DNA of 64,000 nucleotides from the NCBI GenBank assembly GCA_022750335.1, contig JAKIVX010000006.1, positions 12,976 through 76,975 of the forward strand. The letters run 5' to 3'. This DNA is from Thermoplasmata archaeon (lineage in GTDB: Archaea; Thermoplasmatota; Thermoplasmata; Lutacidiplasmatales; UBA184). The translations under genes were made by a program, and so were the position numbers. The notes beneath the pieces were generated by a model. That model saw only the letters and a list, made by a program, of their open reading frames with translations. It had not been told where the DNA came from and made no database searches. Below are positions 9,899 to 19,814 of this stretch, in pieces (within the stretch, counting starts at the first letter, position 1; each line of letters opens with the position of its first letter).

Positions 9899-11544
9899 CG
9901 ATCGCCGCCGGGTCCCTCCGAGCGATCTCCGCCGTCGCGGACGATCTCGGTCTGCCGACCGGCGACCTGTGGCCCGCCGGGGCGGGCGTACTGAAGATCC
10001 CCGTGCCGTTGGTCCGTTCTCTCGCCAAACGCGCCTCGAACGGGCGCCTCGTTCTCGTGAGCGCGATGACGCCGACCGAGCACGGGGAAGGAAAGACCGT
10101 GGTCGCGATCGGTCTCGGGATGGCCCTCGAGCGCCTCGGCCACAGCTCAGTGGTCTGCCTCCGCCAGCCCTCGCTCGGACCCGTGTTCGGAGTCAAGGGA
10201 GGCGCGTCCGGAGGGGGGCGAGCGACCGTCCACCCCCGTCCGACCATCGACCTCGGCCTCTCGGGAGACCTGGACGCGATCACGAACGGGCAGAACCTGA
10301 TCGCCTCGCTGGTCGACCACCACATCTATCGGGGCCTTTCCCCCGAGATCGCCTCCGGCACGACCGAGTTTCCACGGGCTTCGGCGCTCGAGGACCGGTC
10401 GCTGCGGACCATCACCTCCGGCCTCTCCGAATCCGCACCTGGTTTTCCCCGCACGGCCCGGTTCGTCGTGAGCGCGGCCTCGGAGGTCGCCGCAATCCAT
10501 GCGCTCGCGCGCGACTTCGTCGACCTGAAGGAACGATGCGGCCGGATCCTTGTAGGGAGGACGTTGTCCGGGGCGCCCGTCCGAGCCGCCGACGTGGGCG
10601 CCGCCGGTGCTTCCGCGTCCCTGCTGGCAGGGGCCCTCGCGCCGAACCTCGTGCAAACGGCGGAGGGGACGGCCGCCCTCGTCCACGGGATCCCGTACGC
10701 GAACGTCGCCCACGGGACTTGCAGTCGTCTGGCCATCGAGGCCGGCCTCGCGCTGGCGGAGTACTGTGTCGTCGAGGCCGGGTTCTCGTCCGAATTGGGG
10801 GCGGAGAAGTTCGTGGACATCGTCGCCGCGGGCACCGGCCTCGACGCGCACGTGGGGGTCGTCGTCGCCTCGATCCGAGCCCTGCGGTACCACGGGGGCG
10901 GCTCATCCGACGGTCCGGCGTCCGTGGAGGACGTCCGCCGTGGGCTCCCCAACCTCGAACAGCATCTCGTCAACCTGAAGCTCCTCGGGCTGGATCCGGT
11001 AGTGGCGCTCAACAAATTCCCGACCGACCACCCGGAGGAGTGCCGGTGCGTGGAGCAGTTCTGCGCGGAACGCGGGGTTCCGTTCGCCATCGATTCGGCA
11101 TTCGCGGAGGGGGGCGCAGGCTCGGAGACCCTGGCTGCGCTCGTCGTGGGAGCGGCGGCCCAACGGCAGCAGAGCCGTCCGTTGTACGGTCCGTCCACGC
11201 CGGTGGAGAAGGTGCTCGACATCGTGACGACCCGGATGTATGGAGCTCTGGGATGCGACCTGAGCCCTGCGGCGGAGACCGATCTCGAAAGGATTCGAGC
11301 GCTCGGGGAAGCGGTCGGACCCGTGTGCATCGCCAAGACTTCCCGTTCGTTGTCGGACGACCCGAAACTCCGGGGCCGCCCCTCTGACTTCCGAGTGACC
11401 GTCCACCGGTTCGAACGCTGGTCGGGCGCGGGTTTCACCGTCGCGCTGCTCGGCGGGATCATCACGATGCCCGGCCTCCCCCCACGCCCGGCCGCCGGCG
11501 CGATCGACCTCACTCCAGACGGGCAGATCGTCGGCGTCGTGTAG
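9895..11544 (+). CDS. fhs: Formate--tetrahydrofolate ligase (divergent)
   Basis: TPTEHGEGKT, RQPSLGPVFGVKGGA, ANVAHG, EAGF..ELGAEKF, CIAKT, TMPGLP. Confidence 0.92.
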   Translation: MTIAAGSLRAISAVADDLGLPTGDLWPAGAGVLKIPVPLVRSLAKRASNGRLVLVSAMTPTEHGEGKTVVAIGLGMALERLGHSSVVCLRQPSLGPVFGVKGGASGGGRATVHPRPTIDLGLSGDLDAITNGQNLIASLVDHHIYRGLSPEIASGTTEFPRASALEDRSLRTITSGLSESAPGFPRTARFVVSAASEVAAIHALARDFVDLKERCGRILVGRTLSGAPVRAADVGAAGASASLLAGALAPNLVQTAEGTAALVHGIPYANVAHGTCSRLAIEAGLALAEYCVVEAGFSSELGAEKFVDIVAAGTGLDAHVGVVVASIRALRYHGGGSSDGPASVEDVRRGLPNLEQHLVNLKLLGLDPVVALNKFPTDHPEECRCVEQFCAERGVPFAIDSAFAEGGAGSETLAALVVGAAAQRQQSRPLYGPSTPVEKVLDIVTTRMYGALGCDLSPAAETDLERIRALGEAVGPVCIAKTSRSLSDDPKLRGRPSDFRVTVHRFERWSGAGFTVALLGGIITMPGLPPRPAAGAIDLTPDGQIVGVV

Positions 11545-11669
11545 AACCTCACGAACGGAGCCGTCGGTGGCAGTAGATTGATGGGGTCGGTGACCCCCAC
11601 GGTCGACCTCTCCCGACCGCCCGGCGCGGGCATGTGAGGAGTCTAATCGCCCCGTGGTATTGGGGGGCG

Positions 11670-11987
11670 ATGACCACGAGTGTCCCTCCCAAGACGTTCA
11701 TCTCCGACCTCCGGCCGGGGCGGGTGGCCACGATCGAGGCCACCGTCCTCCGCCTCGAACCTGTCCGAGAGTTCGAACCGCAGGGAGGCGGGACCAAGAA
11801 GGTTCGGAACGGGGTCCTGAAGGACGGCACCGCCGAGATCCAGTTCGTCCTTTGGGGGGACGAGGTCGAGAGCGTGGCTGAGGGTGAGAACGTGCGGATC
11901 GTCGACGGCTGGGTTCGCGACTACAAGGGTCGCCCGCAGATCTCGCTCGGCAAGGTCGGAAAGCTCGAGAAGCTCCTCCCGCCCTGA
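11670..11987 (+). CDS. Single-OB-fold ssDNA-binding protein (SSB/RPA-like)
   Basis: ISDLRPG, KVRNGVLKDGT, LWGDE, GENVRI..GWV..YKG..QISLGK archaeal SSB pattern. Confidence 0.85.
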   Translation: MTTSVPPKTFISDLRPGRVATIEATVLRLEPVREFEPQGGGTKKVRNGVLKDGTAEIQFVLWGDEVESVAEGENVRIVDGWVRDYKGRPQISLGKVGKLEKLLPP

Positions 11988-12087
11988 TCTCGGACGAACG
12001 GGCCGTGGGGCGGCGCACGGTAGCGCAGGGCCGGGACCCGACTGAACCGGTACGCCGGTCCTGGCGCTCCCCCGACGGGACGGGCCC

Positions 12088-12507
12088 CTACCGGCTCGCG
12101 GGGCGGAGATAGCCCACGACCGCCACGGCTTCGACCTCGAGCAGCAGGTCGGGCCGGAACAATCGACCGACCTGCACCGCGGTGCTGGCGGGGGGACGGG
12201 CGGTGTCGATGTATTTGTCGCGGACCGCGCGGATCTCGGGCAAGGCCCGGATGTCGATGACGTAGATGTTCAGTTTCACGAGCGAGTGGAACGTCCCCCC
12301 CGCGGCTTCGAGCGCGAGGCCAAGATTCCGGAACGTTTGTTCGGCTTGGAGTGTGTGGTCGCCCGGACCGACCACCTCCCCCGAGGGTCCTATCGACGCC
12401 TGACCGGCGATGAAGACGAGCCTCCCACCCCGGACACTGGCGACATGCGAGTACCCGACCGGTTTGTGCATCGTGGGAGGGTTGAGGAGTTCGACCCGGT
12501 CGACCAT
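12088..12507 (-). CDS. RidA/YjgF family protein
   Basis: GYSHV, FIAGQ, VKLNIYV, PPASTAVQV..L..PDLLLEVEA. Confidence 0.92.
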   Translation of the reverse strand: MVDRVELLNPPTMHKPVGYSHVASVRGGRLVFIAGQASIGPSGEVVGPGDHTLQAEQTFRNLGLALEAAGGTFHSLVKLNIYVIDIRALPEIRAVRDKYIDTARPPASTAVQVGRLFRPDLLLEVEAVAVVGYLRPASR

Positions 12508-12586
12508 CGCCCCCGTTCTGGCTCGGCCCTACTTCCCGATTTCCCTCCTCCGCGGCGGGTCGGATCGTACGGAGGGGCCGGGTAGG

Positions 12587-13360
12587 TTACGGGCGGTGGG
12601 CCACAAGAAAAAGGCGACGAAACAAGAAGAGGACGCGGCCGTCCTCCTGGGGGGGATAGGCGGCGTTCAACTCGAGAAGGATCTCGCCGAGGAACGTCTC
12701 GCGATCCTCTGGAGAAGGGAGGAGGTCTAGGTACGGCCGCAAGGTGGTGCCCTTGACCCACTCCAGAATGGTGGCCGCATTCGGCAGTACGTGAACGTAC
12801 TCCGTCACCCAGATTCCGACCTCGGAAGACTGGGGCGAGAGCTGACGGTAGTAGAACTCGGCCGACTCGACCTTCGATCGCGCCAGATGCGAGTCCCACC
12901 GTGAGGCCCACGTCGGGCGGGCCGCCACTTCCCGGACGCACCGATGGGCGGGAGACCCAGAATTCACCGGCATCTGGACCGCCAAGACTCCTCCCGAGGC
13001 CACGTTCCGGAGGAGACGAGGGAATAATTCGGCGTGATTCGGAACCCAATGGAGGGCTGCGTTCGAGAAGACGAGGTCGAACGGGTCGTCCGCGGTCCAG
13101 GAGCGAAGGTCGCCGATGATCCACTCGGAATCGGGGTGGGTGCTGCGGGCCGTCGCGATCATCTCGGGAGAGTTGTCGAACCCCACGACCCTCGCCGCCG
13201 GCCAGCGTTCGCGGAGCAGAACGGTGCTGGTTCCGGTGCCGCACCCGAGGTCGATGATGCGCGACGGCTGGACCTCGGAGATACGGGCGATCAGGTCTCG
13301 ACATGGGAGGCTTCGTTCCCGTTCGAAGCGCAGATACAGGTCGGGGTCCCATTTCGGCAC
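12587..13360 (-). CDS. tam: Trans-aconitate 2-methyltransferase-like
   Basis: WDPDLYLRFERER, DLGCGTG, FSNAALHWV, LAVQMP, FRRLFLVA. Confidence 0.85.
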   Translation of the reverse strand: MPKWDPDLYLRFERERSLPCRDLIARISEVQPSRIIDLGCGTGTSTVLLRERWPAARVVGFDNSPEMIATARSTHPDSEWIIGDLRSWTADDPFDLVFSNAALHWVPNHAELFPRLLRNVASGGVLAVQMPVNSGSPAHRCVREVAARPTWASRWDSHLARSKVESAEFYYRQLSPQSSEVGIWVTEYVHVLPNAATILEWVKGTTLRPYLDLLPSPEDRETFLGEILLELNAAYPPQEDGRVLFLFRRLFLVAHRP

Positions 13361-13449
13361 GTTTCGTTCCCGGCGCCGATGCGACGCGAGGTTCAAGACG
13401 CTCGCGGAGGCTCCGGCCACCGAAGGGTCGCCACTCACTCCGAGGGATC

Positions 13450-14370
13450 TTACTGACCGAGCGCGTCGTGCGACTTCCATCCCGCCGTCGCAAAGGACGC
13501 CGGCGAGGGCGGCGACTCCACCTCCATCGCAACCCCTTCGGGGCCCGTGATCGCGTGCCGGAGGGAGGTTCGGACGGAGTTTAGGGCCTCATCCTGAAGA
13601 CCGGCTACGACGTTTCGACCCGATGCTCCCCGAGTCCCCCAGTCGTGGGTCAGCGCCCGGACGACCCAGAGTCGCACCTCGTACTCGGTCGGGACGTCCG
13701 TCGGGGGAGTGCCCTTCGGCGGCGGGGGAACCCGTCCCTCGTATCTCGCCACGACCACGTCGCTCCAGTAGGACGCGTTGTCGAACGATACCACGCTTAT
13801 CAGCAAGATCGCAAAGGCGAGCCCGGACGGAATGATCAACAGGCCCCAGGAGGAGCTCAGGTGGGTCAGGCTGACGTAGCCCAGCACGGCCGTCGCCACG
13901 GCGCCCGCCACCCCTCCCAGATACCGGGACCGGTCGCGTCGGCGGGTCTGGGTCGGGTCACCCCGCAAGTTCCGTTCCGCCAGCAGGGTGCCGGAGATCT
14001 CGAACCCGCTCTCTTTCGGAAGCCTCCGCACGGTCGGGCCGGCCGCCTCTGGCACGGTCGTAAATCCCTCGGAGCCAAACACACCGCTGAGGGCCGTCCG
14101 GAGGGCGATGGGTGTCACGGCCGTGTATCGGAAGGTTTCCGCGATCCGAGGGTCGAGCGCACCGTGCGACTCCCCGATTAGGGGACGGGGCTCGAACCGC
14201 CCCTGTTCGGCGGGAGGTACGAGCGTCTCGGGCGCGGGTCGTTGCATCGCCGCCAGCCGTGCGAGCTGTTTCACGGTGAGGGCCCCGGCGGTCGAGTTCG
14301 CGACGAGGACGGCCGGCCGTACGTCCACGGCTTCCTCGCTCGGAGGGGTCGCTGGGATCGGACCACCCAT
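13450..14370 (-). CDS. Hypothetical membrane protein (2 TM)
   Basis: ATG-started 306-aa ORF filling the gap, with two adjacent hydrophobic helices. Confidence 0.65.
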   Translation of the reverse strand: MGGPIPATPPSEEAVDVRPAVLVANSTAGALTVKQLARLAAMQRPAPETLVPPAEQGRFEPRPLIGESHGALDPRIAETFRYTAVTPIALRTALSGVFGSEGFTTVPEAAGPTVRRLPKESGFEISGTLLAERNLRGDPTQTRRRDRSRYLGGVAGAVATAVLGYVSLTHLSSSWGLLIIPSGLAFAILLISVVSFDNASYWSDVVVARYEGRVPPPPKGTPPTDVPTEYEVRLWVVRALTHDWGTRGASGRNVVAGLQDEALNSVRTSLRHAITGPEGVAMEVESPPSPASFATAGWKSHDALGQ

Positions 14371-14493
14371 CTTGCGGGTCGTCCGACCGGCGCGAAAGGG
14401 GATGATTCTTCCCTCCGTAGATTACGGACCCCACCGACCGCCCGACCGGGCTCACCCTCCGGTGAGAGGGGAGGCTCCCTCGCGCGAGCGACC

Positions 14494-14928
14494 TCAGGTC
14501 GCACGCGTCCCGGACCCGGGATGCGTTCGGTCTTCCACACGGCGAACAAACTTGAGCCCCGACCACGTCTCCGTGACCGCGCACACTTTCACGTCGACGA
14601 GACCCGTGCGAAGTCCGATCCCCCGAACTCCGTGTTCGTCGAGGTCCGTGAGAACTCCCGAACTCTTCTTGGGCCAGCACGCCCAAAGCATTCCGGCCGG
14701 ACTCAGCCATTCCGTCGCTTGTCGAACCTCCTTCCAAAGCTCGGTCCGACGGTCGGTGAAGACCATCACAAAATCCAACGCAGACCCCGGGGCATCCAGA
14801 CATTGGCACCCGGCGAGTGAGGCCTGCAACAGCGCCCGAACCTCCATCGGTTCGTTCACGAGGTGGACCCGAAACCCCGGACGGAGACCGAGCTTCTGAG
14901 GCAGCGGAGTGTCCGAGTATCCGGCCAT
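14494..14928 (-). CDS. DUF3052 family protein
   Basis: MAGYSDTPLPQKLG, LWACWPKKSS, GLVDVKVCAV..WSGLKFV. Confidence 0.88.
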   Translation of the reverse strand: MAGYSDTPLPQKLGLRPGFRVHLVNEPMEVRALLQASLAGCQCLDAPGSALDFVMVFTDRRTELWKEVRQATEWLSPAGMLWACWPKKSSGVLTDLDEHGVRGIGLRTGLVDVKVCAVTETWSGLKFVRRVEDRTHPGSGTRAT

Positions 14929-14983
14929 TCCCGCCCGGAGCCACCAAGTATCTCCTCATTCCTAAGGAATTCGCAGGGCGGGG

Positions 14984-15526
14984 ATGGAAACGACCGCCAT
15001 CGTCGTGGTGTTCTCCGGCCTTCCCGGGTCCGGGAAGTCCACTCTGGCTCGGCCGGTGGCCGAGCGATTGGAAGGAGTGTGGCTGCGGGTAGACACAATC
15101 GAAGCGTCCTTGGTCGAGGCGGGCCTGCCCCGATCGTTCGAGACCGGGCTGGCGGCGTACGTGGTCGTCCGGGACGTCGCACGGGACAACCTTCGAGGGG
15201 GTCGCAGCGTGATCATCGACGCGGTGAACGGAGTCGAGCCCGCCCGGCAGATGTGGCGAGAGCTTTCGGCCCAATTCGAGGTGCCCCGGTTCAGCGTGCT
15301 GGTCGAGTGTTCGGATCGAGTCGAGCATCGTCGGCGCGTCGAATCCCGTGATGACCTTTCCCCGTACCTTCCGCGCCCCACCTGGGACGAGGTGCTCGAC
15401 CGGGAGTTCGTCCGCTGGGACGAGCCCGTGCTATCGGTCGATTCGATGGAGCCCGAGTCTCAAAACGTCCAGCGGATCCTCGAGTATTGCTCTCCCGTGC
15501 AGCCTCGTCGATCGGTCACCCCTTAG
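14984..15526 (+). CDS. P-loop nucleotide kinase (AAA_33-like)
   Basis: FSGLPGSGKST Walker A, VIIDAVN, HRRRVESR. Confidence 0.85.
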   Translation: METTAIVVVFSGLPGSGKSTLARPVAERLEGVWLRVDTIEASLVEAGLPRSFETGLAAYVVVRDVARDNLRGGRSVIIDAVNGVEPARQMWRELSAQFEVPRFSVLVECSDRVEHRRRVESRDDLSPYLPRPTWDEVLDREFVRWDEPVLSVDSMEPESQNVQRILEYCSPVQPRRSVTP

Positions 15527-15600
15527 ATCGGCCCACGGGTCCAAGGGGCGTAGCTCGTCCCGGCTGAGGGACGTCACCGTTTGTTCTCGCCCCGACCCTA

Positions 15601-16164
15601 TCAGCCGGGTGATCGGAACAGCGCGAGCACCCGGCCCCGACGCCCGCTCTTCTCAAAGAGAGGCGTAAACCCGAGGTCGATCAGGGTTCGTCGCATCTCC
15701 TCCGTGCGGGAGAATTCTGAGAACGCCAGAACTCCGCGGGGAGACAGCACCCGGCGGATCTCCGCCAGGGCCTTGGGTCGATTCCGATAGTCGAAGTGGT
15801 GAGCCTCGACATGGTGGAGCATGGCCATGGCCACGACGCACTCGAAACTGGCGTCCTCGAACGGCAACGCCATGGCATCCACTTGGCGGAGTTCGACTGC
15901 CGCCGGAAGGGGAGCGAACCGGGCCGAGAGAGAGGCGCGAGCGGATTCCACTTGGGCCGGGTCGAAATCGGTCACGACCAACCGTCCGGGTCGGTAACGT
16001 TCGTAGAGAAGCGCGGACAGGCCGCCGCGTCCGGCACCGAGCTCGAGCACTCGCGATGAAGGGGGTAACTGTAGAGCGGTTCCCAGCGTGTCGAGGATTC
16101 GAGCCGATCGACGAGCGTTCCCGGAGTTCACGAACCAACGACCGATGCGGTTCATTTCGCCCAT
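15601..16164 (-). CDS. Class I SAM-dependent methyltransferase
   Basis: VLELGAGRG, DAMALPFEDASF, LHHV, ALAEIRRVL. Confidence 0.88.
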   Translation of the reverse strand: MGEMNRIGRWFVNSGNARRSARILDTLGTALQLPPSSRVLELGAGRGGLSALLYERYRPGRLVVTDFDPAQVESARASLSARFAPLPAAVELRQVDAMALPFEDASFECVVAMAMLHHVEAHHFDYRNRPKALAEIRRVLSPRGVLAFSEFSRTEEMRRTLIDLGFTPLFEKSGRRGRVLALFRSPG

Positions 16165-16450
16165 GCGCCGCCCCCTGGTCCCCCGGTCAGCTCCGGCCGC
16201 GCCTTTAGCGTTGAAGAGGGGGCCGCTCGCTCCCGTCACACTGGGTCTGGGGCGGAACCTCGAGTTTCGGTGGCGAAAGCACGGGCACGGACCCGGCCGC
16301 TTCGGCGAAGACCGGCGCGTCGTTCCGGGGAAGGCGGCCCGAGATACGCCGTTGCATCCTGGGACGTGCAGTGCGCAACCTGATTAGGGGCCCCGCATGG
16401 GGCAGAATGCTTCCTTCGTCGACTACGGGGAAGCTGGAAAAGTGGTGAAG

Positions 16451-16855
16451 ATGTTGTCTGGAGCGCGACTCGTGACGTTGATCCCGGTCAAGAATATGGA
16501 CCGTGCCCTCCGGTTCTACACCAAAGCCGTAGGAGGAAAGCTACTCTTCCGAGGAGTGGGGGAGATGAAGGAGTCCTTTGCATCCCTCATGCTTGGCGAC
16601 GACCACGTTTGGTTGGTCACCCCGTCGAAGCGGGAGAAACGGACGCTGGCCTACACCACGTTCCTCGTGAAGGACATCCGGGTGTTCGTGAACGGACTGA
16701 AGCGGAAAGGCGTCAAGTTCCAGCGGGCCCAGCGCATGGGTCCGGACGCCAAGGTCGAGGGGCCGATCAGTTTCGAATCGTTCGGCGCGTCCGCCTTCTT
16801 CAAGGATCCCGAAGGGAACTCGATGATGGTCTGGCAGGACTTCTCCCCGCCTTAG
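16451..16855 (+). CDS. VOC/glyoxalase family protein
   Basis: IPVKNMDRALRFY, FLVKDI, FFKDPEGN. Confidence 0.88.
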   Translation: MLSGARLVTLIPVKNMDRALRFYTKAVGGKLLFRGVGEMKESFASLMLGDDHVWLVTPSKREKRTLAYTTFLVKDIRVFVNGLKRKGVKFQRAQRMGPDAKVEGPISFESFGASAFFKDPEGNSMMVWQDFSPP

Positions 16856-17042
16856 TTGGATTCCAGGGGCCCGGGGCACGCTCGCCGGCGGGGGCGACAC
16901 CTCCGGACCTCAGTCGACCCGAGTTCCGATGGTTTCGCGACGCTGCTGATACGGAGCGGCACCGGCGCGCTGCGATCGAGTCTGGGGCGGTTCATCCACC
17001 GGGTTTCGGAGACGTTTTCTATGGTAAACCCTGCCCGAGGAT

Positions 17043-17477
17043 ATGGTGTGGGTGACCGACTGGGGGAGCACGTTCGACGCGCCGATTGACGTGGTGTGGG
17101 CCTATCTCCAGGCCGAAACCGACCATGGCCCGAGCCACAAGGGCCGCCGGAACTTCGAGCGGAAACCGGTGAACGAGAAGACCACGATGCTCGCCTGGGA
17201 ACAGGATATCGACGGCCACTGGGTTCGGATTGCGAGCCACATCACCTTCCACCCTCCTATCGGTTTTTTTGTCGATACCCTGGAAGGCCCAATGGCCGGG
17301 TCGAAGTTCTTCAACTACTACGTCCCGCAGGGAAACAAGACCGCGGTGGTCGTGGTGGGCGACTGGAATTCCAAGATGATTCCCCCCGCCCAGCTGGAAG
17401 TGGCCGTGATGGGAAACTTGGAGAAGCTCTTTCAGGAAGATACTGCCGGGCTGAAAGGATTCAGCCAAAAGAAGTAG
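17043..17477 (+). CDS. SRPBCC/START-fold protein
   Basis: FDAPIDVVWAY N-terminus, EGPMAGS, C-terminal helix LEKLFQED. Confidence 0.65.
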   Translation: MVWVTDWGSTFDAPIDVVWAYLQAETDHGPSHKGRRNFERKPVNEKTTMLAWEQDIDGHWVRIASHITFHPPIGFFVDTLEGPMAGSKFFNYYVPQGNKTAVVVVGDWNSKMIPPAQLEVAVMGNLEKLFQEDTAGLKGFSQKK

Positions 17478-17519
17478 GCGCGTTCTGCGGGAGCCCTCTC
17501 GCGCCCTTCCCAGGGAGAA

Positions 17520-18230
17520 TCACTGAGGAGGGGGTTGGCGCCCGCTTCGACGGGCGAGCCGGGCGGTGTAGCCCGCGAGGGTCGTAAGCGGTCGGGTCGA
17601 TCCACGGGTCGGAGGCGTGAGGCGGATCTTCCGCGGACGGAATTCGATCTGTTCTACGAGAAAGCGGGATTCGAATGTATCGACCACTTCTTTCACGGAG
17701 AGGCGGTGGGGCGGCCCCCACGATCCGGTCTCCTCGCGGGCCACCCAAAAGAGGAGGAGGGTGGCACCGGGACGGAGCACCCGGGCGAGGCTGGCCGCGT
17801 AGTCGCTTCGTCTCCGAACTGGAAGGGTGTGGAAGCAGCCGGAGTCGATCGCGCCTCGGAAACGACCGGTCGGGAGCCGGCTCGCCAGAACATCGTCCAC
17901 GAGGAACGTGGCGTCGGAGTCCGATGCGGTCCTACGGGACTCGGCGGCTTCTACGGCACCTGGGGCGATGTCGATCCCCGTCGTTTGGAATCCTTGGGTA
18001 GTGAGCCATAGTACATTGGAACCCAGACCGCAACCCACGTCGAGAACCGGCCCGGGCGGCTTGAGCCAACCGGCTTCGACCGCCCGGACCAAGGGCGGGT
18101 ACGGGGTCGGGGAGAACCAGGGAAGCTCCTGGATCGATGTTTTCGCATACAAACGGGTCCACATGGCGCGGTCGGTCGACGACAGGCCCACCGTTCGGCG
18201 AGTGGGTCGGTGCGACTTCACTCCCGGCAT
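17520..18230 (-). CDS. Class I SAM-dependent methyltransferase (TPMT-like)
   Basis: LPW, VLDVGCGLG, GIDIA, DSGCFH, LRPG. Confidence 0.85.
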   Translation of the reverse strand: MPGVKSHRPTRRTVGLSSTDRAMWTRLYAKTSIQELPWFSPTPYPPLVRAVEAGWLKPPGPVLDVGCGLGSNVLWLTTQGFQTTGIDIAPGAVEAAESRRTASDSDATFLVDDVLASRLPTGRFRGAIDSGCFHTLPVRRRSDYAASLARVLRPGATLLLFWVAREETGSWGPPHRLSVKEVVDTFESRFLVEQIEFRPRKIRLTPPTRGSTRPLTTLAGYTARLARRSGRQPPPQ

Positions 18231-18484
18231 GAAGAGACGGCGTCCGAGAGAGGCGGACCCTAGAAAGGGGTGACTCCTCCGACCCCAAGATCTGCAGTAC
18301 GGATCGTATCCGGGCGGGTTGCGGGGTCCCGCCCCATTCGGGAGCAGGGCCGGAGTCGTCCCGTTGAGAGCGCATGCGCCTTCCTTTTGACCCGTTCCCA
18401 TTGATTCTTGAGAGATCCCGAGGGGGTCGGGAGTCTGTCGAGGGCGAAGTCCGGTTTATAGGGAAGCGGACATTCAGGTCGACG

Positions 18485-18724
18485 ATGCCGAAGTACATCG
18501 ACACGCACCCGTTGGGCAGCCTCACGCCCGACCAGCTGAAGAAGCTCCAGCATGCCCCGAAGGATTCCTTCGGAGTCACTCACCACGACATTCTCTTCAA
18601 CGCCAAGGAGAACAAGGTCTACTGCGTACTCGACGCCCCCAACCGGGAGGCGGTGGCCAAGCATCACCAGCACGCTGGCATCGAGTGTGAATGGATCAAC
18701 GAGGTCGAATCCACTCGCGGCTGA
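18485..18724 (+). CDS. DUF4242 (SCO4226-like nickel-binding) family protein
   Basis: MPKYIDTH, KVYCVLDAPNREAVAKHH, WINEV. Confidence 0.8.
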   Translation: MPKYIDTHPLGSLTPDQLKKLQHAPKDSFGVTHHDILFNAKENKVYCVLDAPNREAVAKHHQHAGIECEWINEVESTRG

Positions 18725-18734
18725 GCCGCGTCTC

Positions 18735-18755
18735 CCCCCCGAACGGGGGGTTTCT
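18735..18755 (+). terminator. GC hairpin plus T-tract after DUF4242 gene
   Basis: CCCCCC-GAAC-GGGGGG-TTTCT directly after the stop codon. Confidence 0.45.
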
Positions 18756-18989
18756 CGAATGGTCCGAGACTGGGAGCATATCTGCTATTCTGAATTACTG
18801 ATTTCAGGAACGGGGCTTGGGAGACGAGTGCGGGTCGGCAGAGACGTGCCGTGACCACCATTTCGCCCGAAGAACGCCGACGCCATTGCGGACGCGGCCG
18901 AAGGGTTCGGCCCGCCGGAATGAAAGAGCCCGTCGGCAAACTCTCGGCTTGACGTCGGTTTGATTAGGCCCGGGTTTGTGGAGCGGCGA

Positions 18990-19472
18990 ATGAACCCGAA
19001 CGGGACCGTGAATGCACCCGGCCCGAGCTCTGAGGAGAGAGTCTCACCGGCGTTACTGATCGAATATGAAGACGCCAATGAAAATCGCTCGCTTACGGCC
19101 GGATTGGGTGGAACGTGCATCGCGATCCTCACGTTCGTGTTGATCTTCCTGTACGACCGCGCGGCCGCGGGCCAGATCAACAATCTGCTCTACCAGTGGA
19201 CCCTCCTCAACATTGTGGTCAGTCTCTTCCTGATCTCCCTCTCGTCGCTCAACTATTGGTTCGTGATGGAAGCCCTCCGAAATCACAACCCTCGCGCGTC
19301 AAGCTACGAACGGCGAGCCGACGGATTTTTTGCGTCCAGCTTGGTCCTCCTGCTGCTGGAACCAACCCTGATCCTCGTGACCGTCCGATTGTACTACGTG
19401 GGTGCGGTCGCTCTCGTGTTGTGGGGTGTGGGCTTTCTAGCCCTCGCCCTTGGATGGCGCGAGGTCCGGTGA
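18990..19472 (+). CDS. Hypothetical 4-TM membrane protein
   Basis: Four hydrophobic helices, ATG at 18990. Confidence 0.7.
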   Translation: MNPNGTVNAPGPSSEERVSPALLIEYEDANENRSLTAGLGGTCIAILTFVLIFLYDRAAAGQINNLLYQWTLLNIVVSLFLISLSSLNYWFVMEALRNHNPRASSYERRADGFFASSLVLLLLEPTLILVTVRLYYVGAVALVLWGVGFLALALGWREVR

Positions 19473-19745
19473 AAGAACCGGAATCGAAGGATGGATCCGA
19501 CATTCGAGCCGCCGCAGGGGTTTGACGCGGCCCCCCTGCGACCTGCGGGATTCCGTGACCGCCGTTTCGAGGGCGGGTTGCCGCCAGGATTGCAGCTCAC
19601 TAACGTCGCAGAAGGACCTTCCGACAAATCAAGAGAGGGCGAACTTTTCCCCGCACCGGTGCCGTGAAAAGTAGACGGCCCGCGAAGGGAGGGCCCCGGA
19701 ACGGGAGTGACAACGGCAACACCCGTACGCCCTACGTTAGTTAGA

Positions 19746-19777
19746 ATTGACCGCCGGATTAAGTCATACGGGTCAAT
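19746..19777. promoter_or_regulatory. Inverted repeat flanking a TATA-like element upstream of the DUF981 gene
   Basis: ATTGACC-N18-GGTCAAT with TTAAG inside the spacer, about 40-70 nt before the ATG. Confidence 0.45.
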
Positions 19778-19814
19778 CTCGAGCTGGGCAGTCGGGCCCA
19801 GAAGATGAAGAAAT

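Noticed and set aside
14958-14970. Palindrome ATTCCT-A-AGGAAT between divergent DUF3052 and kinase genes
   Set aside because: Short, single occurrence and no adjacent regulator; insufficient support
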